From: Bacilli bacterium
Lineage (GTDB): Bacteria; Bacillota_I; Bacilli_A; ML615J-28; CAG-698
Assembly: GCA_050953065.1 (NCBI GenBank)
Contig: JBMNLZ010000001.1
Span: forward strand, 192,001 to 256,000
Length of the DNA stretch: 64,000 nucleotides
Reading direction: 5' to 3'
The translations under genes were made by a program, and so were the position numbers. How positions within the stretch are numbered: the first letter of the stretch is position 1; each line of letters opens with the position of its first letter. The notes below the pieces were generated by a model that saw only the letters and a program-made list of their open reading frames with translations, was not told the DNA's origin and ran no database searches. This document shows, piece after piece, positions 29,458 through 39,102 of this stretch.

Positions 29458-31023
29458 TTATACATTATATTTTTCAAGAAAGTATTCGATTGAATCAACC
29501 AAAGCAATAATACTTGCTTCTATAATATCAGTAGAAACACCAATTGTTGTCCAATTTTCCTTTCCGTTAGTACTTTCAATTAGAACTCTTGTTGTGGCAG
29601 CAGTTGCTTGTTTTTGATCAAGTACTCTTACCTTATAGTCTAATAATTTCATTTTAGATAAATTAGGATAAAATACCACTAATGCCTTTCTTAAGGCTGT
29701 GTCCAAAGCATTGACTGGTCCATTACCAGATGCAGCAGTCATTTCAGAAGTGCCATTTACTTCTACTTTTACTGTAGCATATGATGGGAACTCATTGTCA
29801 GCCATTGGAAACTCACCCATAGTTTTATATAAATTAAGTTTAAAGTAAGGCTTATGTTTTCCTAATATTTTTTTAACCAATATTTCAAATGATGCATCTG
29901 AAGATTCAAATTGATATCCTTTGTGTTCTAAATTTTTTAAAGTATCAATAATTTTTGATAATATTGGAGAGTTTTTATCAATTTCTGGAGCAAATGGTCT
30001 AATTTTTTCAAGGATACTACCCCTACCAGCAACTTCAGAAATTAAAAATCTTCTTTTATTACCTACTAGACTAGGGTCAACATGCTCAAAAGATGTAGAA
30101 TTCTTCAAAACTCCATCAATATGCATCCCAGCTTTATGAGCAAAAGCACTTTTTCCAACATAAGGTTTATTATTTAACAATTTAATGTTAGAAATACCAG
30201 AAATTTTTTTAGCAGTTTCTGTAACAAGTTCTAATTTGCCATCACAAACATATTCAGTTTTTAAATTTAGACTAGGAATTATTGAACTTAAATCAGCATT
30301 TCCACAACGTTCTCCAAACCCAACAAAAGTCCCTTGAATTTGAACTGCACCTTCTTGAACTGCAATAATAGTGTTTGCAACTGCACAGCCAGAATCATTA
30401 TGAGCATGCATCCCTATTCTAATACCACTGAATTGTTTAACAACTAAAGATACTATATCCCTAACCTCATTTGGCAATATACCACCATTAGTATCACAAA
30501 GGCATAAAACATCTGCACCAGCATCAACTGCTTTTTTTAATACCTTCATAGCATATTTTGGATTGCTTTTATATCCATCAAAAAAATGTTCTGCATCAAA
30601 AATTACTTCTTTGCCACAATCCTTTAGATATTTAACTGTATCAAAAATCATTTCTAAATTTTCTTCTAAAGTTGTTTGAATAACTTCTTTAACATGTAAA
30701 TCCCATGTCTTTCCAAAAATAGAAACAACCTCTGTATTAGCGCTAAGCAAAGCTTTTATATTTGCATCATCCTCGATTTTTGACTTTTTCCTTCTAGTAC
30801 TACCAAATGCACAAACTTTAGAATTTTTTAATTCAATTTCTGATAATTTTTCAAAAAATTCTAAATCCTTTGGATTAGATGCGGGATTACCAGCTTCAAT
30901 ATAAGTAATACCAAAGTCATCTAAGACCTTAACAATATTTATTTTATCGTTTACCGAAAATGATATATCTTCGCTTTGTGCACCATCACGTAAAGTTGAG
31001 TCAAAAGTTTCGATTCTTTTCAT
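29458..31023 (-). CDS. cimA: Citramalate synthase
   Basis: DRE-TIM LeuA paralog with CimA-type features: LRDGAQ, YIEAGNPASNPKD, AFGSTRR, DAEHFFDG, AHKAGMH and YKVRVL. Confidence 0.88.
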   Translation of the reverse strand: MKRIETFDSTLRDGAQSEDISFSVNDKINIVKVLDDFGITYIEAGNPASNPKDLEFFEKLSEIELKNSKVCAFGSTRRKKSKIEDDANIKALLSANTEVVSIFGKTWDLHVKEVIQTTLEENLEMIFDTVKYLKDCGKEVIFDAEHFFDGYKSNPKYAMKVLKKAVDAGADVLCLCDTNGGILPNEVRDIVSLVVKQFSGIRIGMHAHNDSGCAVANTIIAVQEGAVQIQGTFVGFGERCGNADLSSIIPSLNLKTEYVCDGKLELVTETAKKISGISNIKLLNNKPYVGKSAFAHKAGMHIDGVLKNSTSFEHVDPSLVGNKRRFLISEVAGRGSILEKIRPFAPEIDKNSPILSKIIDTLKNLEHKGYQFESSDASFEILVKKILGKHKPYFKLNLYKTMGEFPMADNEFPSYATVKVEVNGTSEMTAASGNGPVNALDTALRKALVVFYPNLSKMKLLDYKVRVLDQKQATAATTRVLIESTNGKENWTTIGVSTDIIEASIIALVDSIEYFLEKYNV

Positions 31024-31024
31024 A

Positions 31025-32545
31025 TTATTTGTTAACTCCCATATTAAAGTATTTATTTATTGCATTAATGTAGGCCTTTATGCTTGATTCAATGATATTA
31101 CTTGAAAGGCCTCTACCTGTAATCATCTTATCTTCAATGCTTACCTTTGCAATTACTTCCCCTTGAGCATCTACTCCATCAGTTACAGCATTTATAATAT
31201 AACTTTCAAGATTGAATACTAAAGGAAAAACAACATTATTGATTGCATTAAATACAGCATCAATTGGCCCATATCCTAAAGAAACATGTTCAACAACTTT
31301 ATCTTGGTATTTCAATTTTACTGAACAAATTGAACTAGCATCACTTCTTGTATGTACTTCAAAATCTAGCAATTCCATTTCTTTGATTTCAAGCTCTTTA
31401 TTAGCAACAATCGCTTCTATATCGCTTTCGTAAATTTCTTTCTTTTTATCACATAAATTTTTGAACTTTTTGAATGCAGTTTCAATTTCTTGTTCTGTTA
31501 AATTATATCCCATAGATTTTAGTCTATCAGTAAAAGCATGTTTCCCAGAATGTTTACCTAAAACCATATTACTTTTAATTACAACACCAACTGACTCTGG
31601 TGTCATAATCTCATAAGTGGATTTTTCTGCTAGCATACCATGTTGATGAATTCCAGATTCATGAGCAAAGGCATTTGCTCCAACAATTGGCTTATTAATT
31701 GGTGGAATCATCCCTAAAATATTATATACTAACTTACTAGTTCTATAAATTTGAGTTGTATCAATATTAGTAACACATTGTAATCTTTTATAACGTGTTT
31801 TTAACACCATTACAATTTCTTCTAAAGCTGCATTCCCAGCTCTTTCTCCTAACCCATTGATTGTACACTCAACTTGTCCAGCTCCTGCTTCGATTCCTGC
31901 TATAGAATTAGCAACACCTAAACCTAGATCATTATGGCAATGAACTGAAATCACCGCTTGATCAATGTTTGGAACATTTTTTTTGATATAAGTTATCATT
32001 TCAGCAATTTCCGCAGGTGTTCTATAACCTACTGTGTCAGGCAAATTAATAGTATTAGCACCTGCATTAATTACTTCAGTTACAATTTTTGCTAGGAATA
32101 CTAAATCAGTTCTACCAGCATCTTCTGCAGAGAACTCAATGTCCTTACATAATGATTTCCCATACTTTACCATCTCAACAGCTAAATCCAATACTTCTTC
32201 AGGAGTTTTTTTAAGCTTATATTTCATATGAATATCTGAAGTCGCTATAAAAATATGAATTACTGGATGAACAGCATCTTTTGTTGCTTCATACGCAGCA
32301 TCTATATCTTTTTTATTAGCCCTAGCTAAAGATGCGACAGCACATTTTTTTATAACCTTTGAAACAGCACTAATTGCTTCAAAATCTCCAGGTGAAGCAA
32401 TTGCAAAACCTGCTTCGATCACATCAACACCAAGTGATTCTAGTTGCTTAGCTATTTCAATTTTTTCAGTTAAATTCATACTACATCCAGGAGCTTGCTC
32501 GCCATCTCTTAGCGTAGTATCAAATATTCTTATTCTTCTTTCCAT
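31025..32545 (-). CDS. leuA: 2-isopropylmalate synthase
   Basis: DTTLRDGEQ, HCHNDLG, GERAGN and HESGIHQ motifs plus regulatory domain. ATG at 32545; the track gives GTG 32554. Confidence 0.95.
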   Translation of the reverse strand: MERRIRIFDTTLRDGEQAPGCSMNLTEKIEIAKQLESLGVDVIEAGFAIASPGDFEAISAVSKVIKKCAVASLARANKKDIDAAYEATKDAVHPVIHIFIATSDIHMKYKLKKTPEEVLDLAVEMVKYGKSLCKDIEFSAEDAGRTDLVFLAKIVTEVINAGANTINLPDTVGYRTPAEIAEMITYIKKNVPNIDQAVISVHCHNDLGLGVANSIAGIEAGAGQVECTINGLGERAGNAALEEIVMVLKTRYKRLQCVTNIDTTQIYRTSKLVYNILGMIPPINKPIVGANAFAHESGIHQHGMLAEKSTYEIMTPESVGVVIKSNMVLGKHSGKHAFTDRLKSMGYNLTEQEIETAFKKFKNLCDKKKEIYESDIEAIVANKELEIKEMELLDFEVHTRSDASSICSVKLKYQDKVVEHVSLGYGPIDAVFNAINNVVFPLVFNLESYIINAVTDGVDAQGEVIAKVSIEDKMITGRGLSSNIIESSIKAYINAINKYFNMGVNK

Positions 32546-32554
32546 CTTATTCAC

Positions 32555-34225
32555 CTATTGTCTAAAAATAGCTCCTTTATCAGCTGAAGTTACCATTTTA
32601 GAATATCTTTTTATATATCCAGTTAAATCAGTTTTTTCTTTTATTTTTATTTCTTTTTTACGTTTAGCGATTTCATCTTCTGATACTAATAATTCTATAC
32701 TATAATTATTAATATCAATGCTAATAATATCTCCTTCTTTTACATATGCAATTAATCCACCTGCAGCAGCCTCAGGAGCTATATGACCAATTGCAGCTCC
32801 GCGTGTTGCACCTGAAAAACGCCCATCTGTAATTAGAGCAACTTCTTTATCTAGCCCCATTCCAGCAATAGCTGAAGTTGGAGATAACATTTCTCGCATA
32901 CCAGGCCCACCAGCAGGTCCTTCATATCTAATAACTACTATATCACCTGCTATTATCTTACCTGAATAAATTGCTTCAATCGCAGCTTCTTCAGAATCAA
33001 AAACTCTTGCCTTTCCTTTGTGTTTAAGCATTTCTGGAGCAACTGCACTTCTTTTTACAACAGCACCATTAGCAGCAATATTTCCAAACAAAACTGCTAA
33101 TCCGCCAGTATCTGAATAAGGTGAATCTATACTTCTTATTACGCCTTTGTTTAAAGAAGTAAATTTATAATTATCTAAATTCTCACCCATTTTTCTAGTT
33201 GATACAGTTAAAACTTTTAAATTTATTAATTTTTTCTTAATTAATTCTTGCATCACCGCATAAACCCCTCCTGCATCATTTAAATCTTGCATATGGTGAG
33301 GGCCAGCTGGTGCTAATTTACATAAATTAGGCGTTTTAGAGCTAACTTCATTAATAGTTTTCAAATCAATATTAACATTTGCTTCATTTGCAATAGCCAG
33401 TAAATGTAACACCGAATTAGTAGAACAACCTAATGCCATATCAACAGTAAGTGCATTATAAAATGCATCTAGTGTCATAATATCTTTTGGCTTGATATTA
33501 TTTTTATAAAGATTCATAATTTGCATACCCGTATTTTTAGCAAGCCTTATTCTTTCAGCCATTACTGCAGGGATTGTACCATTTCCTGGTAAAGCCATAC
33601 CTAAAGCTTCACATAAGCAGTTCATAGAATTAGCAGTAAACATCCCTGAACAAGATCCGCATGTAGGGCAAGCTCTGTTTTCAATGAATTCTAGTTCTTC
33701 TAAAGAGATTTTTCCTGCTTTATAAGAACCGATTGCTTCAAACACAGAATTTAAATCTAAAGATTTTGAACAGTCATCATTTAAAGAAAGCATCGGTCCA
33801 CCAGATACAAAAATCGAAGGAATATTTAATCTGGCAGCAGCCATTAACATACCTGGAATAATTTTATCGCAATTTGGTATAAAAACTAAAGCATCAAAGC
33901 AATGAGCTTGAACCATACATTCTACACTATCAGCAATTATTTCTCTTGAAGCAAGTGAATACTTCATTCCAGAATGGCCCATAGCTATTCCATCACAAAT
34001 ACCAATAACATTAAATTCCATTGGAGTACCACCATTCATTAAAATACCATCTTTAACTGCTCTAGCAATAAGTTGCAAATTAGAATGGCCAGGAACCACT
34101 TCATTATAAGAATTTACAATTCCTATAATTGGTCTATTAATTTGTTCATTAGTATAGCCGTTTGCCTTAATTAAAGATCTATGTGGTGAATGTTCTAAAC
34201 CTTCTTTAATATTCTTACTATTCAT
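32555..34225 (-). CDS. ilvD: Dihydroxy-acid dehydratase
   Basis: [25 protein letters not shown] and TDGRFSG motifs. Confidence 0.97.
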   Translation of the reverse strand: MNSKNIKEGLEHSPHRSLIKANGYTNEQINRPIIGIVNSYNEVVPGHSNLQLIARAVKDGILMNGGTPMEFNVIGICDGIAMGHSGMKYSLASREIIADSVECMVQAHCFDALVFIPNCDKIIPGMLMAAARLNIPSIFVSGGPMLSLNDDCSKSLDLNSVFEAIGSYKAGKISLEELEFIENRACPTCGSCSGMFTANSMNCLCEALGMALPGNGTIPAVMAERIRLAKNTGMQIMNLYKNNIKPKDIMTLDAFYNALTVDMALGCSTNSVLHLLAIANEANVNIDLKTINEVSSKTPNLCKLAPAGPHHMQDLNDAGGVYAVMQELIKKKLINLKVLTVSTRKMGENLDNYKFTSLNKGVIRSIDSPYSDTGGLAVLFGNIAANGAVVKRSAVAPEMLKHKGKARVFDSEEAAIEAIYSGKIIAGDIVVIRYEGPAGGPGMREMLSPTSAIAGMGLDKEVALITDGRFSGATRGAAIGHIAPEAAAGGLIAYVKEGDIISIDINNYSIELLVSEDEIAKRKKEIKIKEKTDLTGYIKRYSKMVTSADKGAIFRQ

Positions 34226-34236
34226 ATAAACCTCTT

Positions 34237-35235
<999 letters not shown>

Positions 35236-35262
35236 TTATTTCTCCTTTTTATTTATATATAA

Positions 35263-35757
35263 TTATAAAATTTCTTTTCCATAATTTAATGCTAGAGCAC
35301 CAGCTCTACACATTTCTAAAATTCCGAATTCTTTTGCTTCTTCGATAAATTTTTCATTCGCAATAATATCTTCAGTTAACTCTACTGATATTGATTCTTC
35401 ACTAAAATCAACAATTCTACCACTATATTTGTTAACTAGATTATTAATCAAAATATTTTTCCCATCTTTAATTTTAATCTTAACAAGAACATGTTCTCTA
35501 ACTAAACTATTATCTAACTCTAAAATTTTAACTTTTTTTACATCATATAGTTTAAGTAATTGCTTTGAAATTTGTTCTTTTACATAATCATCACCATATA
35601 CCAAAATAGTCATTCTAGAATATTTTGAATTTTCTATTGGTCCAACAGCTAGACTTTCAATATTATAACCTCTTCTAGCAAACAAACCTGCTACCCTAGT
35701 TAATACACCAAACTGGTTTGAAACTAATGCAGATATAATAAATTTATTATTTTCCAT
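35263..35757 (-). CDS. ilvN: Acetolactate synthase small subunit
   Basis: ACT domain NQFGVLTRVAGLFARRGYNIESL. Confidence 0.95.
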   Translation of the reverse strand: MENNKFIISALVSNQFGVLTRVAGLFARRGYNIESLAVGPIENSKYSRMTILVYGDDYVKEQISKQLLKLYDVKKVKILELDNSLVREHVLVKIKIKDGKNILINNLVNKYSGRIVDFSEESISVELTEDIIANEKFIEEAKEFGILEMCRAGALALNYGKEIL

Positions 35758-35764
35758 AAGTGCC

Positions 35765-37435
35765 TCACTTTACTATCATATCATTGATGCTTCCACCAGG
35801 AGGAATCATAGGTAACACTCTATCATCTTTATCAACAACACAATCAATTACAACTGGTGATTCAGTATTTATACACTCTTTAACTATATAATTTAATTCA
35901 TTTAGAGTAGTCGCTCTATAACCTCTCGCCCCAAAAGCTTCAGCTAATTTAACAAAATCTGTCTTTCTATCTAGAATAGTTGAAGAATATCTCTTTTCAT
36001 AAAAAGATGTTTGCCACTGCCTAACCATCCCTAAAACATTATTGTTAATTATAACAACTATTAAAGGTAATTTTTGTGAAACAGCAGTCGCAAGTTCATT
36101 CAAATTCATTCCGAAACTTCCATCTCCTGTAAATAAAATTGTTCTTTTATAATTCTTTCCAATGCAACTTCCTATAGCTGCTCCCATTCCAAAGCCCATA
36201 GTTCCTAGTCCTCCCGAAGTAATTAAAGTTCTAGGTTTTTGAAATTTATAATATTGAACAGCCCACATTTGATGTTGCCCTACATCTGTAACAATATTTG
36301 TTTCATCATCTGTATATTTATTAATAGTTTGAATTATATTTTTTGCTACCATCAAATCGTTTTGAGGATCATTTTTTTCTTGCTCTTTTTTATAACCATC
36401 TACTTCTTCTAGCCATGCCTTATTTTCAATTTTAGGTGTTTTAGAAATTAGTTTCTTAAGTATTTCAAAAACATCCCCAGACATCCCTACATCAGGTTTA
36501 ATGTTTTTTCCAATCTCAGCAGGATCTATATCAATATGTATTATTGAAGTATTTTTAGTATATGCATCTTTATCTCCAGTAGCCCTATCGCTAAATCTAA
36601 CACCTACTGCTATTATAAGGTCAGATTTTGCATGAGCCATTGAAGAAACATATTTTCCATGCATCCCTGTCATTCCTAAATTGTTTTTATATGAATTTGG
36701 AATTGCTGAAAGCCCCATCATGCTAGTGCCTATTACAGCATCAATTTTATCAGCAAATTCAATTAAAAGTTGACCTGAATTAGATAATACAGCACCTCCA
36801 CCACAATAAATATATGGCTTTTTTGCTTTTTTTATTAACTCAACTGCTTTATCTATTTTAGCATCACTAAAATCAACAGTTCTTTTATCATCAATAACAG
36901 GTTTTTTTAAATTTCCATCATATTCGCACATTCCAGACTGAACATCTTTTGGTATATCTATTAATACTGGTCCAGGTCTTCCAGATGAAGCTATTGCAAA
37001 AGCTGTATTTACAGTATCAGCTAACTCTTCTATGTCTTTAATCATAAAACTATGTTTTACAATTGGCATAGTTACACCAACTATATCTACTTCTTGAAAA
37101 GTATCTTTTCCTAATAAAGTAGTTGCAACATTTCCAGTAATAACAACCATAGGTGTAGAATCAAGAAATGCATTAGCTATACCTGTAACTAAATTAGTAG
37201 CTCCTGGTCCTGATGTTGCAAAAACAACTGCTGTTTTACCAGTTACTCTTGCATAACCATCAGCAGCATGAGCTGCTCCTTGTTCATGTGCAGTTAGAAC
37301 ATGCTTTATATAATCTCTTTTTTTGTATAAAGCATCATATATAAATAAAACACTCCCACCAGGGTAACCAAAAATAGTATCTACTTTATTTTTTATCAAA
37401 ACTTCAATTAAAATTTCTGCTCCGTTTAATTGCAT
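35765..37435 (-). CDS. ilvB: Acetolactate synthase large subunit
   Basis: FGYPGG, HEQGA, TSGPGATN, DVGQHQMW and GDGSF motifs. ATG 37435 follows AAGGAGG. Confidence 0.97.
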   Translation of the reverse strand: MQLNGAEILIEVLIKNKVDTIFGYPGGSVLFIYDALYKKRDYIKHVLTAHEQGAAHAADGYARVTGKTAVVFATSGPGATNLVTGIANAFLDSTPMVVITGNVATTLLGKDTFQEVDIVGVTMPIVKHSFMIKDIEELADTVNTAFAIASSGRPGPVLIDIPKDVQSGMCEYDGNLKKPVIDDKRTVDFSDAKIDKAVELIKKAKKPYIYCGGGAVLSNSGQLLIEFADKIDAVIGTSMMGLSAIPNSYKNNLGMTGMHGKYVSSMAHAKSDLIIAVGVRFSDRATGDKDAYTKNTSIIHIDIDPAEIGKNIKPDVGMSGDVFEILKKLISKTPKIENKAWLEEVDGYKKEQEKNDPQNDLMVAKNIIQTINKYTDDETNIVTDVGQHQMWAVQYYKFQKPRTLITSGGLGTMGFGMGAAIGSCIGKNYKRTILFTGDGSFGMNLNELATAVSQKLPLIVVIINNNVLGMVRQWQTSFYEKRYSSTILDRKTDFVKLAEAFGARGYRATTLNELNYIVKECINTESPVVIDCVVDKDDRVLPMIPPGGSINDMIVK

Positions 37436-37451
37436 ATATGCCTCCTTATTT

Positions 37452-37487
37452 AAAAAACCTTGATATTCAAAACAATAATCAAGGTTT
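37452..37487 (-). terminator. Leader terminator (putative attenuator) upstream of ilvB
   Basis: AAACCTTGAT/ATCAAGGTTT stem ending in a T-run, between the promoter and the ilvB SD. Confidence 0.7.
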
Positions 37488-37551
37488 ACCCAAAACAAAT
37501 TAAATTATTTTTCTCATAAAAAGTAACCAAAATATTGAATGATTACAAAAT

Positions 37552-37580
37552 ATATTACCATAAAACATGAAAAAAGTCAA
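37552..37580 (-). promoter_or_regulatory. SigA-type promoter of the ilv-leu operon
   Basis: TTGACT-17-TAATAT with extended -10 TG. Confidence 0.75.
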
Positions 37581-37617
37581 TACATCAGTGTATATTTACT
37601 TTATTAATAATATTCAT

Positions 37618-37645
37618 TTGATTTTTTAAATTTTTATGATAAAAT
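37618..37645 (+). promoter_or_regulatory. Promoter of cysK-cysE
   Basis: TTGATT-16-TAAAAT with extended TG. Confidence 0.55.
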
Positions 37646-37669
37646 TATTTTAACCAAAGGAGACTAACT

Positions 37670-38542
37670 ATGAAAAAAAATTTGTTAGAATTAGTCGGAA
37701 ATACACCGATTCTTTTTCATAATAATTTATATTTAAAACTAGAATCTTTTAACCTTGCTGGCTCAATCAAGGATAGAGTTGTTTTAAATATAATAAATCA
37801 ACTTGAAAAAGATGAATATTTACAGCCTGGAGACACTATAATTGAAGCTACAAGTGGTAATACAGGCATTGCATTAGCACTAATTGGGAAAATAAAAGGA
37901 TATAATGTAACAATTGTAATGCCTGAAAATATGAGTGATGAAAGAAAAAAATTAATTGCCTCTTATGGTGCTAAATTAGTATTAACTCCAAAAAATTTTG
38001 GAATGAATGGGGCAATACTAACAGCTGAAAAATTATTAAAAGACAATAGTTATAAATCATTAAACCAATTTTCCAGTAAATACAATGTTGAAACACATGA
38101 ATTATTTACTGGTCCTGAAATATTAAAAGAATTTGATAGTTTAGATGTTTTAGTTTGCGGAATTGGAACTGGTGGTACTATTGTAGGACTGTCTAATTTT
38201 TTAAAAAAACATTTTAAAAATTTAAAAGTTATTGGAGTAGAACCTTTTGAATCCAGTATAATTAGCACAGGTAAAAAAGGACCTCACCAAATTCAAGGTA
38301 TAGGAGCAGGCTTTATTCCAAAAATTCTAGATCTCAAATCTATAGATCAAATAATAAGAGTAAAATCAGAAGATGCAATTTCAAAAACAAAAAAATTAAT
38401 TTCTGAAGGTTTATCCATAGGTATTTCTAGTGGTGCAGCAATTTGCGCAGCTGAAGAAATAGAAAAAGATAATAAAAATAAAAAAATTTTAGTGATTTGT
38501 CCTGACAATCACTTAAAATATGTGAGTGTGTTATATGAGTAG
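37670..38542 (+). CDS. cysK: Cysteine synthase (O-acetylserine sulfhydrylase)
   Basis: [28 protein letters not shown] and GISSGA motifs. Confidence 0.95.
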   Translation: MKKNLLELVGNTPILFHNNLYLKLESFNLAGSIKDRVVLNIINQLEKDEYLQPGDTIIEATSGNTGIALALIGKIKGYNVTIVMPENMSDERKKLIASYGAKLVLTPKNFGMNGAILTAEKLLKDNSYKSLNQFSSKYNVETHELFTGPEILKEFDSLDVLVCGIGTGGTIVGLSNFLKKHFKNLKVIGVEPFESSIISTGKKGPHQIQGIGAGFIPKILDLKSIDQIIRVKSEDAISKTKKLISEGLSIGISSGAAICAAEEIEKDNKNKKILVICPDNHLKYVSVLYE

Positions 38543-39035
38543 ATATTTTAAATCCATACGAGAAAGAGACCCTGCAGCTAGACATTTTTTACAAATAATT
38601 TTATGTTACCCAGGAGTACAAGCTATGTTTTGGTATAGAATAGCAAGGTTCTTCTATGTAATTAAGTTAAAACTTATCGGTGAATTTATTATGTATATAG
38701 TAAGGTGTGCTTTAAGTATTGAAATTCATCCTGGAGCTAAAATTGGTAAAAGGCTGTTTATTGATCATGGAACTGGAGTTGTAATTGGTTCTACTTCCAT
38801 AATAGGAAATGATTGTACAATTTACCAAGGCGTTACTTTAGGAGGGACCGGAAAAGATAAAGTCAAAAGACATCCAACTTTAGGTAACAATGTAATGGTA
38901 GGGGCTGGAGCAAAAGTTTTAGGTAATATTGTAATTGGTGACAATGTTAAAATTGGTGCGAATACTGTTGTCTTACACAGCATTCAAAGCGATCAAACAG
39001 TTGTTGGTATTAAGGGAAAAGAAGTTATTAAGTAA
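38535..39035 (+). CDS. cysE: Serine O-acetyltransferase
   Basis: [26 protein letters not shown] and RHP motifs. ATG 38535 overlaps the cysK stop. Confidence 0.94.
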   Translation: MSRYFKSIRERDPAARHFLQIILCYPGVQAMFWYRIARFFYVIKLKLIGEFIMYIVRCALSIEIHPGAKIGKRLFIDHGTGVVIGSTSIIGNDCTIYQGVTLGGTGKDKVKRHPTLGNNVMVGAGAKVLGNIVIGDNVKIGANTVVLHSIQSDQTVVGIKGKEVIK

Positions 39036-39055
39036 CTTAAATTATAATTGCAAAC

Positions 39056-39090
39056 AAAAAAGGCTTTATAGAAAAATCTATAAAGCCTTT
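39056..39090. terminator. Bidirectional terminator between cysE and the lipoprotein gene
   Basis: 14-bp stem AAAGGCTTTATAGA/TCTATAAAGCCTTT. Confidence 0.85.
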
Positions 39091-39102
39091 AATTATTATC
39101 TT

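Noticed and set aside
37513-37561. Val/Ile-rich ORF MVIYFVIIQYFGYFL upstream of ilvB as a leader peptide
   Set aside because: Its ATG overlaps the extended -10 of the predicted promoter, so it would not be on that transcript unless there is a further upstream promoter.
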